Assembly: GCA_963593015.1 (NCBI GenBank) | Contig: CAVAYV010000063.1 | Span: 1 to 54,170, forward strand | Source of the DNA: a bacterium | GTDB taxonomy: Bacteria; Bacillota_I; Bacilli_A; RFN20; CAG-826 | DNA: 54,170 nucleotides | Reading direction: 5' to 3' | In this document: in pieces, positions 40,245 to 47,796 of the stretch | Layout of the letters: each line of letters starts with the position of its first letter | Position numbering within the stretch: position 1 is the first letter of the stretch | Notes under the pieces: generated by a model | Databases searched by the model: none | Seen by the model: only the letters and a program-made list of their open reading frames with translations | Told to the model about the DNA's origin: nothing | Made by a program: the position numbers and the translations under genes

Positions 40245-40430
40245 TTACCAAGAGGCTTTCTTCATGCCTGGAATTTCGCCCTTATAGGCGAGCTCACGAA
40301 GGCAAATGCGGCAAAGTCCGAATTTGCGGATGACACCGTGTGGACGTCCGCATCTTTTGCAGCGGGTGTATTCACGGGTGCTGAATTTTTGTGGGCGGCT
40401 AGCCTTCACAACTAAACTTTTCTTAGCCAT
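40245..40430 (-). CDS. rpsN: 30S ribosomal protein S14 type Z (zinc-binding)
   Basis: 61 aa with CKRCGRPHG...CRIC. Confidence 0.96.
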   Translation of the reverse strand: MAKKSLVVKASRPQKFSTREYTRCKRCGRPHGVIRKFGLCRICLRELAYKGEIPGMKKASW

Positions 40431-40441
40431 CTTTGCACTCC

Positions 40442-41140
40442 TTATTTGCGGAAAGGCATGCCCATGAGATTCAAGAGCTCATAAGCTTCCTTATCGCTTC
40501 TGGCGGTGGTGACAATAACAATGTCCATGCCGCGGATCTTGCTGACCTTATCGTAATCGATTTCAGGGAAGATCAATTGTTCCTTGACGCCAAGGGTATA
40601 GTTTCCATGTCCGTCGAAGGAGTTTTTGCTAACGCCACGGAAGTCACGGACGCGTGGGAGAGAGATAGAGACGAGTTTATCGAAGAACTCATACATTCTC
40701 TTGCCACGGAGAGTAACTTTGCATCCGATTTCTTGACCTTTACGAAGTTTGAAGGTCGCGATGGATTTTTTGGCGTGGGTGGTCACTGGGTGTTGCCCAG
40801 AGATCGTGGTAAGTTCGGAAACAGCATCTTCGAGGGCTTTGCCGTTTTGGGTGGCATCGCCAACGCCGATGTTGATAACGATTTTCTCAAACTTAGGGGC
40901 TTGCATGATGGTGGTGTATCCAAACTCTTTGATTAAAGCTGGGACCACTTCATTTTTGTATTTGGCTTGGAGACGGTTGATATCCTTGGCTGGAGCGGTT
41001 GCTTTTGGAGCGGTTGCTTTTGGAGCGGTTGCTTTTGGAGCGGTTGCTTTTGGAGCGGCTTCAGTTTTTGGAGCAGCCTTCTTGGTGGCCGTTTTCTTAG
41101 CAGGAGCCTTAGCTGCTGCTGGTTTCTTTGTTTCTGCCAT
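40442..41140 (-). CDS. rplE: 50S ribosomal protein L5 (uL5) with a roughly 53-aa Ala/Lys/Pro-rich N-terminal extension
   Basis: 232 aa. The uL5 core begins at [21 protein letters not shown]. The ATG at 41140 follows an AGGAGG RBS in the 19-nt gap after rplX. Confidence 0.93.
   Translation of the reverse strand: MAETKKPAAAKAPAKKTATKKAAPKTEAAPKATAPKATAPKATAPKATAPAKDINRLQAKYKNEVVPALIKEFGYTTIMQAPKFEKIVINIGVGDATQNGKALEDAVSELTTISGQHPVTTHAKKSIATFKLRKGQEIGCKVTLRGKRMYEFFDKLVSISLPRVRDFRGVSKNSFDGHGNYTLGVKEQLIFPEIDYDKVSKIRGMDIVIVTTARSDKEAYELLNLMGMPFRK
40991..41065. repeat. 4 perfect plus 1 degenerate copies of a 15-bp tandem repeat inside rplE
   Basis: The unit tggagcggttgcttt occurs at 40991, 41006, 41021 and 41036, with a degenerate fifth copy at 41051. 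It encodes (APKAT)n in frame. Confidence 0.95.
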
Positions 41141-41159
41141 AGTAACTATGTCCTCCTAC

Positions 41160-41471
41160 TTATTTGGATTCAAGGCTAGCGCCTGAACCGCCGACGCGAA
41201 TTTTCTTGCCATCGACCACTTTGTGGTGGACGCGCGTGGCTTTTTTGGTCTTTGGATCGATTAACGCGACTTTGGAAGCATCTAATGGGACATAGATGTC
41301 CAAGATACTGCCTTCAGTGGTGTTTTGATTTGGTTTTTTGTGCTTCTTGTGCACATTCACGCCTTCGACAACGACTTTATTTAACTTTGGGTAGACGCGT
41401 TGAACAACGCCAGTCTTGCCTTTGTCGTCGCCGGAGAGAATGATGACTTTATCACCTTTTTTGATATTCAT
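41160..41471 (-). CDS. rplX: 50S ribosomal protein L24 (uL24)
   Basis: 103 aa with a KOW motif (IKKGDKVIILSGDDKGKTG). Confidence 0.96.
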   Translation of the reverse strand: MNIKKGDKVIILSGDDKGKTGVVQRVYPKLNKVVVEGVNVHKKHKKPNQNTTEGSILDIYVPLDASKVALIDPKTKKATRVHHKVVDGKKIRVGGSGASLESK

Positions 41472-41482
41472 GATTGCTCTCC

Positions 41483-41851
41483 TTATAGAACTTCGACCGC
41501 GAGGGAAACGATTTTCATATACCCTGCGTCGCGGAGCTCACGAGCGACTGGCCCGAAGACACGGGTTCCGAGTGGGTTGCCATCATTGTCGATTAAGACA
41601 ACCGCATTGTCGTCGAAGCTAATGGAACTGCCGTCTTTGCGAATGACCGCGCGTTTGACACGAACGATAACGCCTTTGACGACTTGTCCTTTTTTGATCT
41701 TTCCGTTTGGAAGAGCGTCCTTGACAGCGCAAGTGACGACATCACCAAGGGTGGAAACTTTCATTCTCGCGCCACCGTTTTGGTGGAAAACGCGGACTGA
41801 TTTGGCGCCAGAGTTATCAGCAACCACAAGATTCGTTTCGTTTTGAACCAT
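41483..41851 (-). CDS. rplN: 50S ribosomal protein L14 (uL14)
   Basis: 122 aa that reads as uL14 (VADNSGAK). Confidence 0.97.
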   Translation of the reverse strand: MVQNETNLVVADNSGAKSVRVFHQNGGARMKVSTLGDVVTCAVKDALPNGKIKKGQVVKGVIVRVKRAVIRKDGSSISFDDNAVVLIDNDGNPLGTRVFGPVARELRDAGYMKIVSLAVEVL

Positions 41852-41853
41852 GA

Positions 41854-42204
41854 TTACTTATCCTCCTTTGCATCGGCTGGAGCGACTTCAGCAGCACTGC
41901 CTTCGGCAGCTTCGAGTTTCGCTTCGGCTAAGGTGGCTTCGTCAGCGGAGCCGACGGCCTTTTTATCAACGCTCACTAAGCGGAAACGTTTGGTTTTGCT
42001 ATATGGGCGGCAAGCCATAACGGTGACGGTGTCACCAACGTTGGCTTCATTCTTTTCATCGTGAGCATAGAGCTTGGTGCTGAAGGCAACACGTTTGTTA
42101 TAAAGAGGATCATTACGTTTGGTATCGACGACGACGCAGATAGTCTTGTCGTTTTGATTCTTGGTAACGACGCCTTGGAACGTAGTTCTATTATTTCTTT
42201 CCAT
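41854..42204 (-). CDS. rpsQ: 30S ribosomal protein S17 (uS17) with an Ala/Glu-rich C-terminal tail
   Basis: 116 aa with the uS17 core, followed by the tail [36 protein letters not shown]. Confidence 0.95.
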   Translation of the reverse strand: MERNNRTTFQGVVTKNQNDKTICVVVDTKRNDPLYNKRVAFSTKLYAHDEKNEANVGDTVTVMACRPYSKTKRFRLVSVDKKAVGSADEATLAEAKLEAAEGSAAEVAPADAKEDK

Positions 42205-42218
42205 GACTAGTTTCCTCC

Positions 42219-42428
42219 TTATTTGGCAGCTGGGCCGATTTGGAGCTCGCGCTCACGCTTGACGGTCTCAGCTTTGGCGATGTCTTTGCGGACAACGCGA
42301 ATTTCTTCGCCATGTTCTAATTGGCCAACGGCCTTTTTGCGGCGAAGATCGAATAATTGGGCGCGGAGAGCAGCGATTTTTTCATCAAGCTCTTTCGCTT
42401 CCATTTTGCGGAAATCATTGATTTTCAT
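42219..42428 (-). CDS. rpmC: 50S ribosomal protein L29 (uL29)
   Basis: 69 aa that reads as uL29. Confidence 0.95.
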   Translation of the reverse strand: MKINDFRKMEAKELDEKIAALRAQLFDLRRKKAVGQLEHGEEIRVVRKDIAKAETVKRERELQIGPAAK

Positions 42429-42430
42429 CG

Positions 42431-42982
42431 TTATTCTCCTTTCGCAGCATCAGCAGGGGTATCGTTACCAGTATCGCTGACTGTAACTTTTTCGATGCCT
42501 TCTTCAGCTTCAAGAGCTTCGACGCTGGAAGCATGGCTTTCTTCCATCTTTAACAATTCGTCTTTGGAGAGAGCTTTCGTTCTCTTGACGACTTTGCAAG
42601 CGATAGGAAGTTTGTAAGAGCACATGCGAAGTGCTTCTTGCATGATGGTTGGGTTGATGCCGCCGATCTCGAAGAGGATTGTTCCTTTCTTGACGACAGC
42701 GACCCATCCTTCTGGGGAACCTTTGCCAGATCCCATACGAACTTCAGCAGGTTTTTTGGTTCTCGCGAGTTGTGGGAACACACGAATCCAAATTTTGCCA
42801 GCTCTGTCGGTATAACGTGCAAGCACGATACGAGCAGATTCGATTTGACGGTCAGTGAGGTAGCAGCCTTCTTGGGCTTGTAAACCAAATTCACCGAAGT
42901 CAACATTCGTTCCGCCTTTAGCAGGACCTTCGTAAGAAAGTCTGTGTGGGCGGCGATATTTAACGCGCTTTGGTTGAAGCAT
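42431..42982 (-). CDS. rplP: 50S ribosomal protein L16 (uL16) with an acidic C-terminal tail
   Basis: 183 aa with the [12 protein letters not shown]-terminus. A GAAGGAGG RBS lies inside the rpsC 3' end. The tail of about 45 aa follows the conserved core. Confidence 0.96.
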   Translation of the reverse strand: MLQPKRVKYRRPHRLSYEGPAKGGTNVDFGEFGLQAQEGCYLTDRQIESARIVLARYTDRAGKIWIRVFPQLARTKKPAEVRMGSGKGSPEGWVAVVKKGTILFEIGGINPTIMQEALRMCSYKLPIACKVVKRTKALSKDELLKMEESHASSVEALEAEEGIEKVTVSDTGNDTPADAAKGE

Positions 42983-43667
42983 TGTCTGCGCCTCCTTCTT
43001 TCTTTTCGTCTTTCTTCACGGCTTCCGCTTTGTTGGTGCTTCTGCAGATCCAAACCTTGACGCCGATGCGCCCATAGGCGGTAGCGGCAGAGACATGAGC
43101 GAAGTCGATGTCGGCACGTAAGGTTTCAAGCGGTACAACACCCTCTTTATAACCTTCGCGACGAGCGATTTCAGCGCCGCCTAAACGGCCTTGGCACTGA
43201 GTACGGCAACCAACGGCGCCGGCTTTGCGGATACGTTGGATGGCTTTCTTTTGGGTGCTGCGGAAGCTTTGACGATTCTCAAGCTCGCTAGCAATCCATT
43301 TACCGATTAAGGTAGCGTCTAAGTCTGGGTTCTTCACTTCAACGACGTTTAAGGTGATGGTGCCAGTTTTGACGACCTTAGCTAAGTCTTTGCGAATCGC
43401 AGCAATAGTTGCGCCATCTTGTCCTAAGACAACGCCTGGACGAGCAACGAAGGCTGTGACGATGACATTGTGACCTTTGTCATTTTTGACACGGCCGATG
43501 TCGATATGGCTCACCATGGCATCTTTGAGTTTTGGCTCTAAGTAGCGACGGATGGCGATGTCTTCCCAAAGGAATGGACCATATTCTTTGTTGGAGGCGA
43601 ACCAATTGGATTCCCAACCACGGTTGATACCAATACGTAAACCGTTGGCGTTAACTTTTTGTCCCAT
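42960..43667 (-). CDS. rpsC: 30S ribosomal protein S3 (uS3)
   Basis: 235 aa with the [14 protein letters not shown]-terminus. Its 3' end overlaps rplP by 23 nt. Confidence 0.96.
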   Translation of the reverse strand: MGQKVNANGLRIGINRGWESNWFASNKEYGPFLWEDIAIRRYLEPKLKDAMVSHIDIGRVKNDKGHNVIVTAFVARPGVVLGQDGATIAAIRKDLAKVVKTGTITLNVVEVKNPDLDATLIGKWIASELENRQSFRSTQKKAIQRIRKAGAVGCRTQCQGRLGGAEIARREGYKEGVVPLETLRADIDFAHVSAATAYGRIGVKVWICRSTNKAEAVKKDEKKEGGADNASTKAR

Positions 43668-43681
43668 TGTTTTCTCCTTCC

Positions 43682-44221
43682 TTATTTTTGTTTCACGGAA
43701 ACGCGGAGATAGCTCATGCGTTTGGTGATTGGGCTAGCAGAGCCTTTGGCTCTTGGGGTGAAGCGTTTCATCTTCATGCCATCGCTAGCTTGAATCTCGG
43801 AGATATAGAGCTTGTCAGCATCCATTCCGAAGTTATTGGTGGCATTAGCAGCAGCACTCTTGATCGCTTTGTAGATTGGGAGGGCGGCGGCTTTGTTTAA
43901 ATGTTTGAGAAGTGCGAGAGCTTCATCAACGTCCATTCCACGGACATAGTCGGCGACGTAGCGGACTTTGCGTGGAGTAACTCTGATATCACGGGCGATG
44001 CATGTCGCTTCGGTAACAGGGGCCTTGGTGACTTTCTCGACTTTTTCAACTTTTTCGACTTTCTTTTCGGAAGTCTTACTGGCCTTTGGAGCGGCGGCTT
44101 TCTTTGTGGTGGCCTTTGGAGCCTTGGTGGTCCCTTCGGTTTCCTTCTTAGCGGCGGCTTTCTTTGTGGTGGCCTTTGGAGCGGCTTTCTTCGCAGCTGC
44201 TTTCTTTGTTTCTTCTGCCAT
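43682..44221 (-). CDS. rplV: 50S ribosomal protein L22 (uL22) with a roughly 65-aa Lys/Ala-rich N-terminal extension
   Basis: The uL22 core begins near ATCIARDIRVTPRKV. The track start at 44230 is a GTG lying inside the AAGGAG RBS. The ATG at 44221 (MAEETKK) lies 8 nt after that RBS, so I prefer it. Confidence 0.93.
   Translation of the reverse strand: MAEETKKAAAKKAAPKATTKKAAAKKETEGTTKAPKATTKKAAAPKASKTSEKKVEKVEKVEKVTKAPVTEATCIARDIRVTPRKVRYVADYVRGMDVDEALALLKHLNKAAALPIYKAIKSAAANATNNFGMDADKLYISEIQASDGMKMKRFTPRAKGSASPITKRMSYLRVSVKQK
44030..44182. repeat. in-frame repeats inside the rplV extension
   Basis: Four imperfect 9-bp units at 44030-44065 encode (VEK)n. A perfect 32-bp direct repeat gcggcggctttctttgtggtggcctttggagc occurs at 44091-44122 and 44151-44182 and encodes APKATTKKAAA twice. 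Confidence 0.95.
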
Positions 44222-44237
44222 TTTGCTCACTCCTTAA

Positions 44238-44528
44238 TTACTTGCCTTTCGCAGCTTGGTCGTTGAGGTTGTTGCCATGGTGACCTGGGAAGTTGCGAGT
44301 TGGGGCGAATTCGCCTAATTTATGTCCAACCATATCTTCGGTGACATAAACGGTGATGTGTTCTTTGCCGTTATAGACGGCGAAGGTTTGCTCGACGAAG
44401 GCTGGATAGATCGTCGAACGGCGGGACCAAGTTTTGATGATCTCTTTCTTGCCGGACTTTTGGATGGCTTCTACTTTTTTAAGAAGGTATTCATCCACGA
44501 ATGGTCCTTTTTTGCTAGAACGTGACAT
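44238..44528 (-). CDS. rpsS: 30S ribosomal protein S19 (uS19)
   Basis: 96 aa with the [13 protein letters not shown]-terminus. Confidence 0.97.
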   Translation of the reverse strand: MSRSSKKGPFVDEYLLKKVEAIQKSGKKEIIKTWSRRSTIYPAFVEQTFAVYNGKEHITVYVTEDMVGHKLGEFAPTRNFPGHHGNNLNDQAAKGK

Positions 44529-44546
44529 TGTGTCTATCTCCTTTCA

Positions 44547-45377
44547 TTAAGCATTTCTGCGTCTCACAATGAGGCGGGTGCTAGACTTCTTGACTCTGCG
44601 GGTCTTGACGCCTTGGCACTTCTTACCCCATGGGGTACGTGGGGCATCGCGGCCGACAGGGCACTTGCCTTCACCACCACCGTGAGGGTGATCGCATGGG
44701 TTCATCGCGAAACCACGAACGGTTGGGCGGATACCCATGTGACGGGTTTTACCAGCCTTGCCGACAATGACAAGGTTGTGATCTTCATTACCGACGACAC
44801 CGATGGTGGCGCGGCAGTTCTTTAAGATTTTGCGGACTTCGCCAGAGGCTAAGCGCACGATAGCGTATTTCCCATCGCTACCTAAGACTTGGGCGCTGCT
44901 GCCAGCACTGCGGCATAATTGTCCGCCTTTGCCAGGGAGCAACTCAATGTTGTGGATGAGAGTTCCGTCTGGGATATTTCCAAGCTCAAGGCAGTTACCG
45001 GTTTTGATATCGGTATTTGGACCGCTGATGATGCTATCGCCAACCTTTAATCCGGCTGGGAGGATGATGTAGCGCTTCTCGCCATCTTTATAAGCGATGA
45101 GGGCGATGAAGGCGGTACGATTTGGGTCGTATTCAATCGCTTGGACAGTTCCTGGGATTCCATCTTTGTTGCGACGGAAGTCGATGATTCTGTAGCGATT
45201 TTTGTTTCCTCCGCCAATATGGCGGCAGGTGATGACTCCTTGATTGTTGCGGCCACCGGAATGTTTCTTGGTGGCAAGTAACGATTTTTCAGGAGTGGCT
45301 TTGGTGATGCCTTCATAGCTAAGAGTTGTCATATGACGGCGGCTCTTGGTATAAGGGCGATAAGTTTTGATTGCCAT
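44547..45377 (-). CDS. rplB: 50S ribosomal protein L2 (uL2)
   Basis: 276 aa that reads as uL2 ([13 protein letters not shown]). Confidence 0.97.
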   Translation of the reverse strand: MAIKTYRPYTKSRRHMTTLSYEGITKATPEKSLLATKKHSGGRNNQGVITCRHIGGGNKNRYRIIDFRRNKDGIPGTVQAIEYDPNRTAFIALIAYKDGEKRYIILPAGLKVGDSIISGPNTDIKTGNCLELGNIPDGTLIHNIELLPGKGGQLCRSAGSSAQVLGSDGKYAIVRLASGEVRKILKNCRATIGVVGNEDHNLVIVGKAGKTRHMGIRPTVRGFAMNPCDHPHGGGEGKCPVGRDAPRTPWGKKCQGVKTRRVKKSSTRLIVRRRNA

Positions 45378-45442
45378 TATGTTTCTCCTATAGTGGATTC
45401 TTTACGCGTTATCCTTATTTATATATACGCGAGGGTGTTTCC

Positions 45443-45769
45443 TTACTCTTTGAATAAGTCGATCGCAGTGCCTGCTTTTAAGGTTACGATGGCTTTTTTG
45501 TATCCAGGGACGGATCCTTGGTAACGTCCGCCACGGCTCTTTTTCTTGCTCATGACGTTAACGACTTTGATGGCTTCGACTGGAGCTTGATATAAGCGTT
45601 GGAAGCTGTCTTTGATTTCGTCTTTGTTCGCTTTGTCGCTCACCTTGATAGTGATCTTGTTCTCATTTTGCATGAGATACATGGACTTTTCGGTGATGAT
45701 TGGTTCAAGGATGACTTCATAGTCGTGTTGAACTGGGGAAGCGAAGGTGACTTTCTTTTCTTCTGCCAT
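45443..45769 (-). CDS. rplW: 50S ribosomal protein L23 (uL23)
   Basis: 108 aa that reads as uL23, following rplD with a 1-nt overlap. Confidence 0.94.
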   Translation of the reverse strand: MAEEKKVTFASPVQHDYEVILEPIITEKSMYLMQNENKITIKVSDKANKDEIKDSFQRLYQAPVEAIKVVNVMSKKKSRGGRYQGSVPGYKKAIVTLKAGTAIDLFKE

Positions 45770-46401
45770 TACTTGAGTCCTCCTTCAATGTAGGCAATCG
45801 CATCTTTGGAAACGATGAGGTTGTCGCAGTTGAGAATGTCGTAGACCGAGACATTTCCGAGAGGTCTTAAGGTGACATTCTCGAGGTTACGAGCAGAGAG
45901 CACTAAGCTTTCGCTGTTGGCTTCGGCAACGATTAAGTTCTTGCCATTAGCGTTGATAGCATTCAAGCAAGAAGCAAATTCTTTGGTAGAAACTTTGCTC
46001 GTTTCCATCTTGTCGACAATGATTAAGCCTTTATTCACTTTTTGAGAGAGAACGGTTCTTAAGGCAAGAGCGTGGGCTTTCTTGTTTTGAGAGAGCTTAT
46101 AGCTTTGGTTGCCGTCAGGTCCGAAGACTTTACCACCGCCAACCCAGATTGGCGAACGGGAGCTTCCCGCACGGGCGCGCCCAGTTCCTTTTTGTCTCCA
46201 TGGCTTTTTGCCGCCACCGCTGACTTCATGACGTTTTTTGGTTTTGGCAGTTGCTTGACGGAGATTGGCAAGGTAGGTCACGACAGCGTCATGAACGACT
46301 TGCTCATTGGCATCGGTGATTCCGAACACTTCTTCAGCGAGAGTGACGGTTCCGACTTTTTTGCCGGAGAAATCAACGACTGGATATGTAATGTTGGCCA
46401 T
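45769..46401 (-). CDS. rplD: 50S ribosomal protein L4 (uL4)
   Basis: 210 aa that reads as uL4 ([16 protein letters not shown]). Confidence 0.96.
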   Translation of the reverse strand: MANITYPVVDFSGKKVGTVTLAEEVFGITDANEQVVHDAVVTYLANLRQATAKTKKRHEVSGGGKKPWRQKGTGRARAGSSRSPIWVGGGKVFGPDGNQSYKLSQNKKAHALALRTVLSQKVNKGLIIVDKMETSKVSTKEFASCLNAINANGKNLIVAEANSESLVLSARNLENVTLRPLGNVSVYDILNCDNLIVSKDAIAYIEGGLK

Positions 46402-46406
46402 GTTCG

Positions 46407-47105
46407 TTATTCTCCTTTCTTCTCTTCTTCAGCCGGGGTGAGATCGACAAGGGATTTCACTTCTGGTTTGCTGAATTGGGTGAGAGCGGCGCTACGAAGA
46501 GTGACTAAGCTCTTCTTTGGGCCTGGGACGCCACCCTTGACGAGAATGTAATTCTTGCTTGGGTTGCTCTCGATAATCGTGACATTAAGAATTGTCGCGC
46601 TTTGTGGTCCCCAGTGTCCGGACATCTTCTTGCCTGGGATGACGCGGTTGTTATCACGACCGTTATTGGCAAGTGAGCCGATTCCACGATGGTATCCGCT
46701 ACCGTGTCCTTTCGGGCCGATGTGGTGTCCATACTTTTTGATGGTGCCGCTATAGCCATGGCCCTTGGTGGTGCCGATGACATCAACGACGTCGCCAGCA
46801 GTGAATAAGCTGGCATCAAGCGATTCGCCTACGTTCTTTCCGTAGATTTCATCGCCCTTGAGTTCGAAGAGGTGTTGCTTTGGGCTCACACCAGCTTTTT
46901 TGAACTCGCCAAGCTCAGCTTTGATGCAACGCTTCTCGAGCTTGTCTTCGTAGCCGATTTGGATGGCTTCATAACCGTCTTTCTCGATGGTCTTTTTGCT
47001 GACCACGACGTTTGGAAGCACTTCGATGACGGTGACAGGATACATTGTACCGTCTGCGGCAAAGACCTCAGTCATGCCCATTTTTCTTCCGATGATGGCT
47101 TTCAT
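46407..47105 (-). CDS. rplC: 50S ribosomal protein L3 (uL3)
   Basis: 232 aa with the GRKMGMTEVF N-terminus and a short acidic C-terminal tail. Confidence 0.96.
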   Translation of the reverse strand: MKAIIGRKMGMTEVFAADGTMYPVTVIEVLPNVVVSKKTIEKDGYEAIQIGYEDKLEKRCIKAELGEFKKAGVSPKQHLFELKGDEIYGKNVGESLDASLFTAGDVVDVIGTTKGHGYSGTIKKYGHHIGPKGHGSGYHRGIGSLANNGRDNNRVIPGKKMSGHWGPQSATILNVTIIESNPSKNYILVKGGVPGPKKSLVTLRSAALTQFSKPEVKSLVDLTPAEEEKKGE

Positions 47106-47120
47106 GATTATTGGTCCTCC

Positions 47121-47432
47121 TTATAACTTGATATCGATGTCAACACCGCTTGGGAGATCGAGCTTGCGAAGAGCTTCGACGGTTTCCTTTTGTGGTTTCA
47201 CGATATCAATCAATCTCTTGTGGGTACGGATCTCGAATTGCTCGCGGCTATCCTTGTATTTGAAGGTAGCGCGGAGAATGGTGTACACCTGTTTTTCAGT
47301 GGGAAGAGGGATTGGTCCCTTCACACTTGCGCCAGTCGCTTTTGCCACGTTGATGATCTTTTCGACGCTTTGATCGAGAAGAGCATGGTCATAGGCTTGT
47401 AAGCGGACGCGAATGACTTTTTCTTTCGCCAT
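47121..47432 (-). CDS. rpsJ: 30S ribosomal protein S10 (uS10)
   Basis: 103 aa that reads as uS10, with an AGGAGG RBS 8 nt upstream. It is the first gene of the S10 operon. Confidence 0.97.
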   Translation of the reverse strand: MAKEKVIRVRLQAYDHALLDQSVEKIINVAKATGASVKGPIPLPTEKQVYTILRATFKYKDSREQFEIRTHKRLIDIVKPQKETVEALRKLDLPSGVDIDIKL

Positions 47433-47574
47433 GAATTTTCCTCCTAATGTTTTTCTTCAGGCTTCTGGTTAGCTTGCTCCATTCGAGTTCCCTGACCTCC
47501 CCACACGAGCGGTTGTCCCATGACAACATACATGGGTGTGTCAGCAACATCGCACTTCTTCGCAAGCGCCAGCG
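47433..47574 (-). promoter_or_regulatory. long, relatively GC-rich 5' leader of the S10 operon
   Basis: About 140 nt separate the promoter from the rpsJ ATG. The leader contains the hairpin CCCATG-n8-CATGGG (plus-strand cccatgacaacatacatggg, 47516-47535) and other self-complementary segments. Confidence 0.5.
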
Positions 47575-47580
47575 TTGTAG

Positions 47581-47609
47581 ACTATACCCTTGCGCGTACG
47601 TGTAGTCAA
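47581..47609 (-). promoter_or_regulatory. S10 operon promoter
   Basis: Minus strand reads TTGACT, a 17-nt spacer, then TATAGT. This is near consensus. Confidence 0.75.
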
Positions 47610-47703
47610 AGCATTTTTATGAATTTTTATTCGATAGTTGCCTTATATTAAGTCATTTTTCAAAACTAAATTTGAAAAGAGTTAGTAATCATCGAAGTTT
47701 CTT

Positions 47704-47726
47704 TAAAAATTGTGCACCGTGCACAA
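47704..47726 (-). terminator. hairpin plus T-run after the nuclease-helicase gene
   Basis: Minus strand TTGTGCAC-G-GTGCACAA (effectively a 6-bp stem with a 5-nt loop) is followed by TTTTT, about 70 nt after the stop. Confidence 0.55.
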
Positions 47727-47796
47727 ACTTTTAAAAAAATACCAATTAAAATATTAAAAAACCGAATAGAGCATTTCTTTTGCAAAATTAAGGAAT

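Noticed and set aside
40991-41065. Regularly spaced identical 15-bp repeats, considered as a possible CRISPR or minisatellite.
   Set aside because: The units are directly adjacent with no spacers. They are in frame and inside rplE, so this is a coding tandem repeat and not a CRISPR array.
42550-43053. 167-aa minus-strand ORF spanning the rpsC/rplP junction in a third frame.
   Set aside because: It overlaps two canonical ribosomal genes. Its Arg/Lys/Ser-rich sequence has no recognisable family, and it has no RBS.
47433-47796. Searched the long rpsJ-upstream spacer for a tRNA or other structured RNA gene.
   Set aside because: There is no cloverleaf-compatible arrangement and no GTTCGAATC-type T-loop. 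The region is better explained as terminator plus promoter plus leader.
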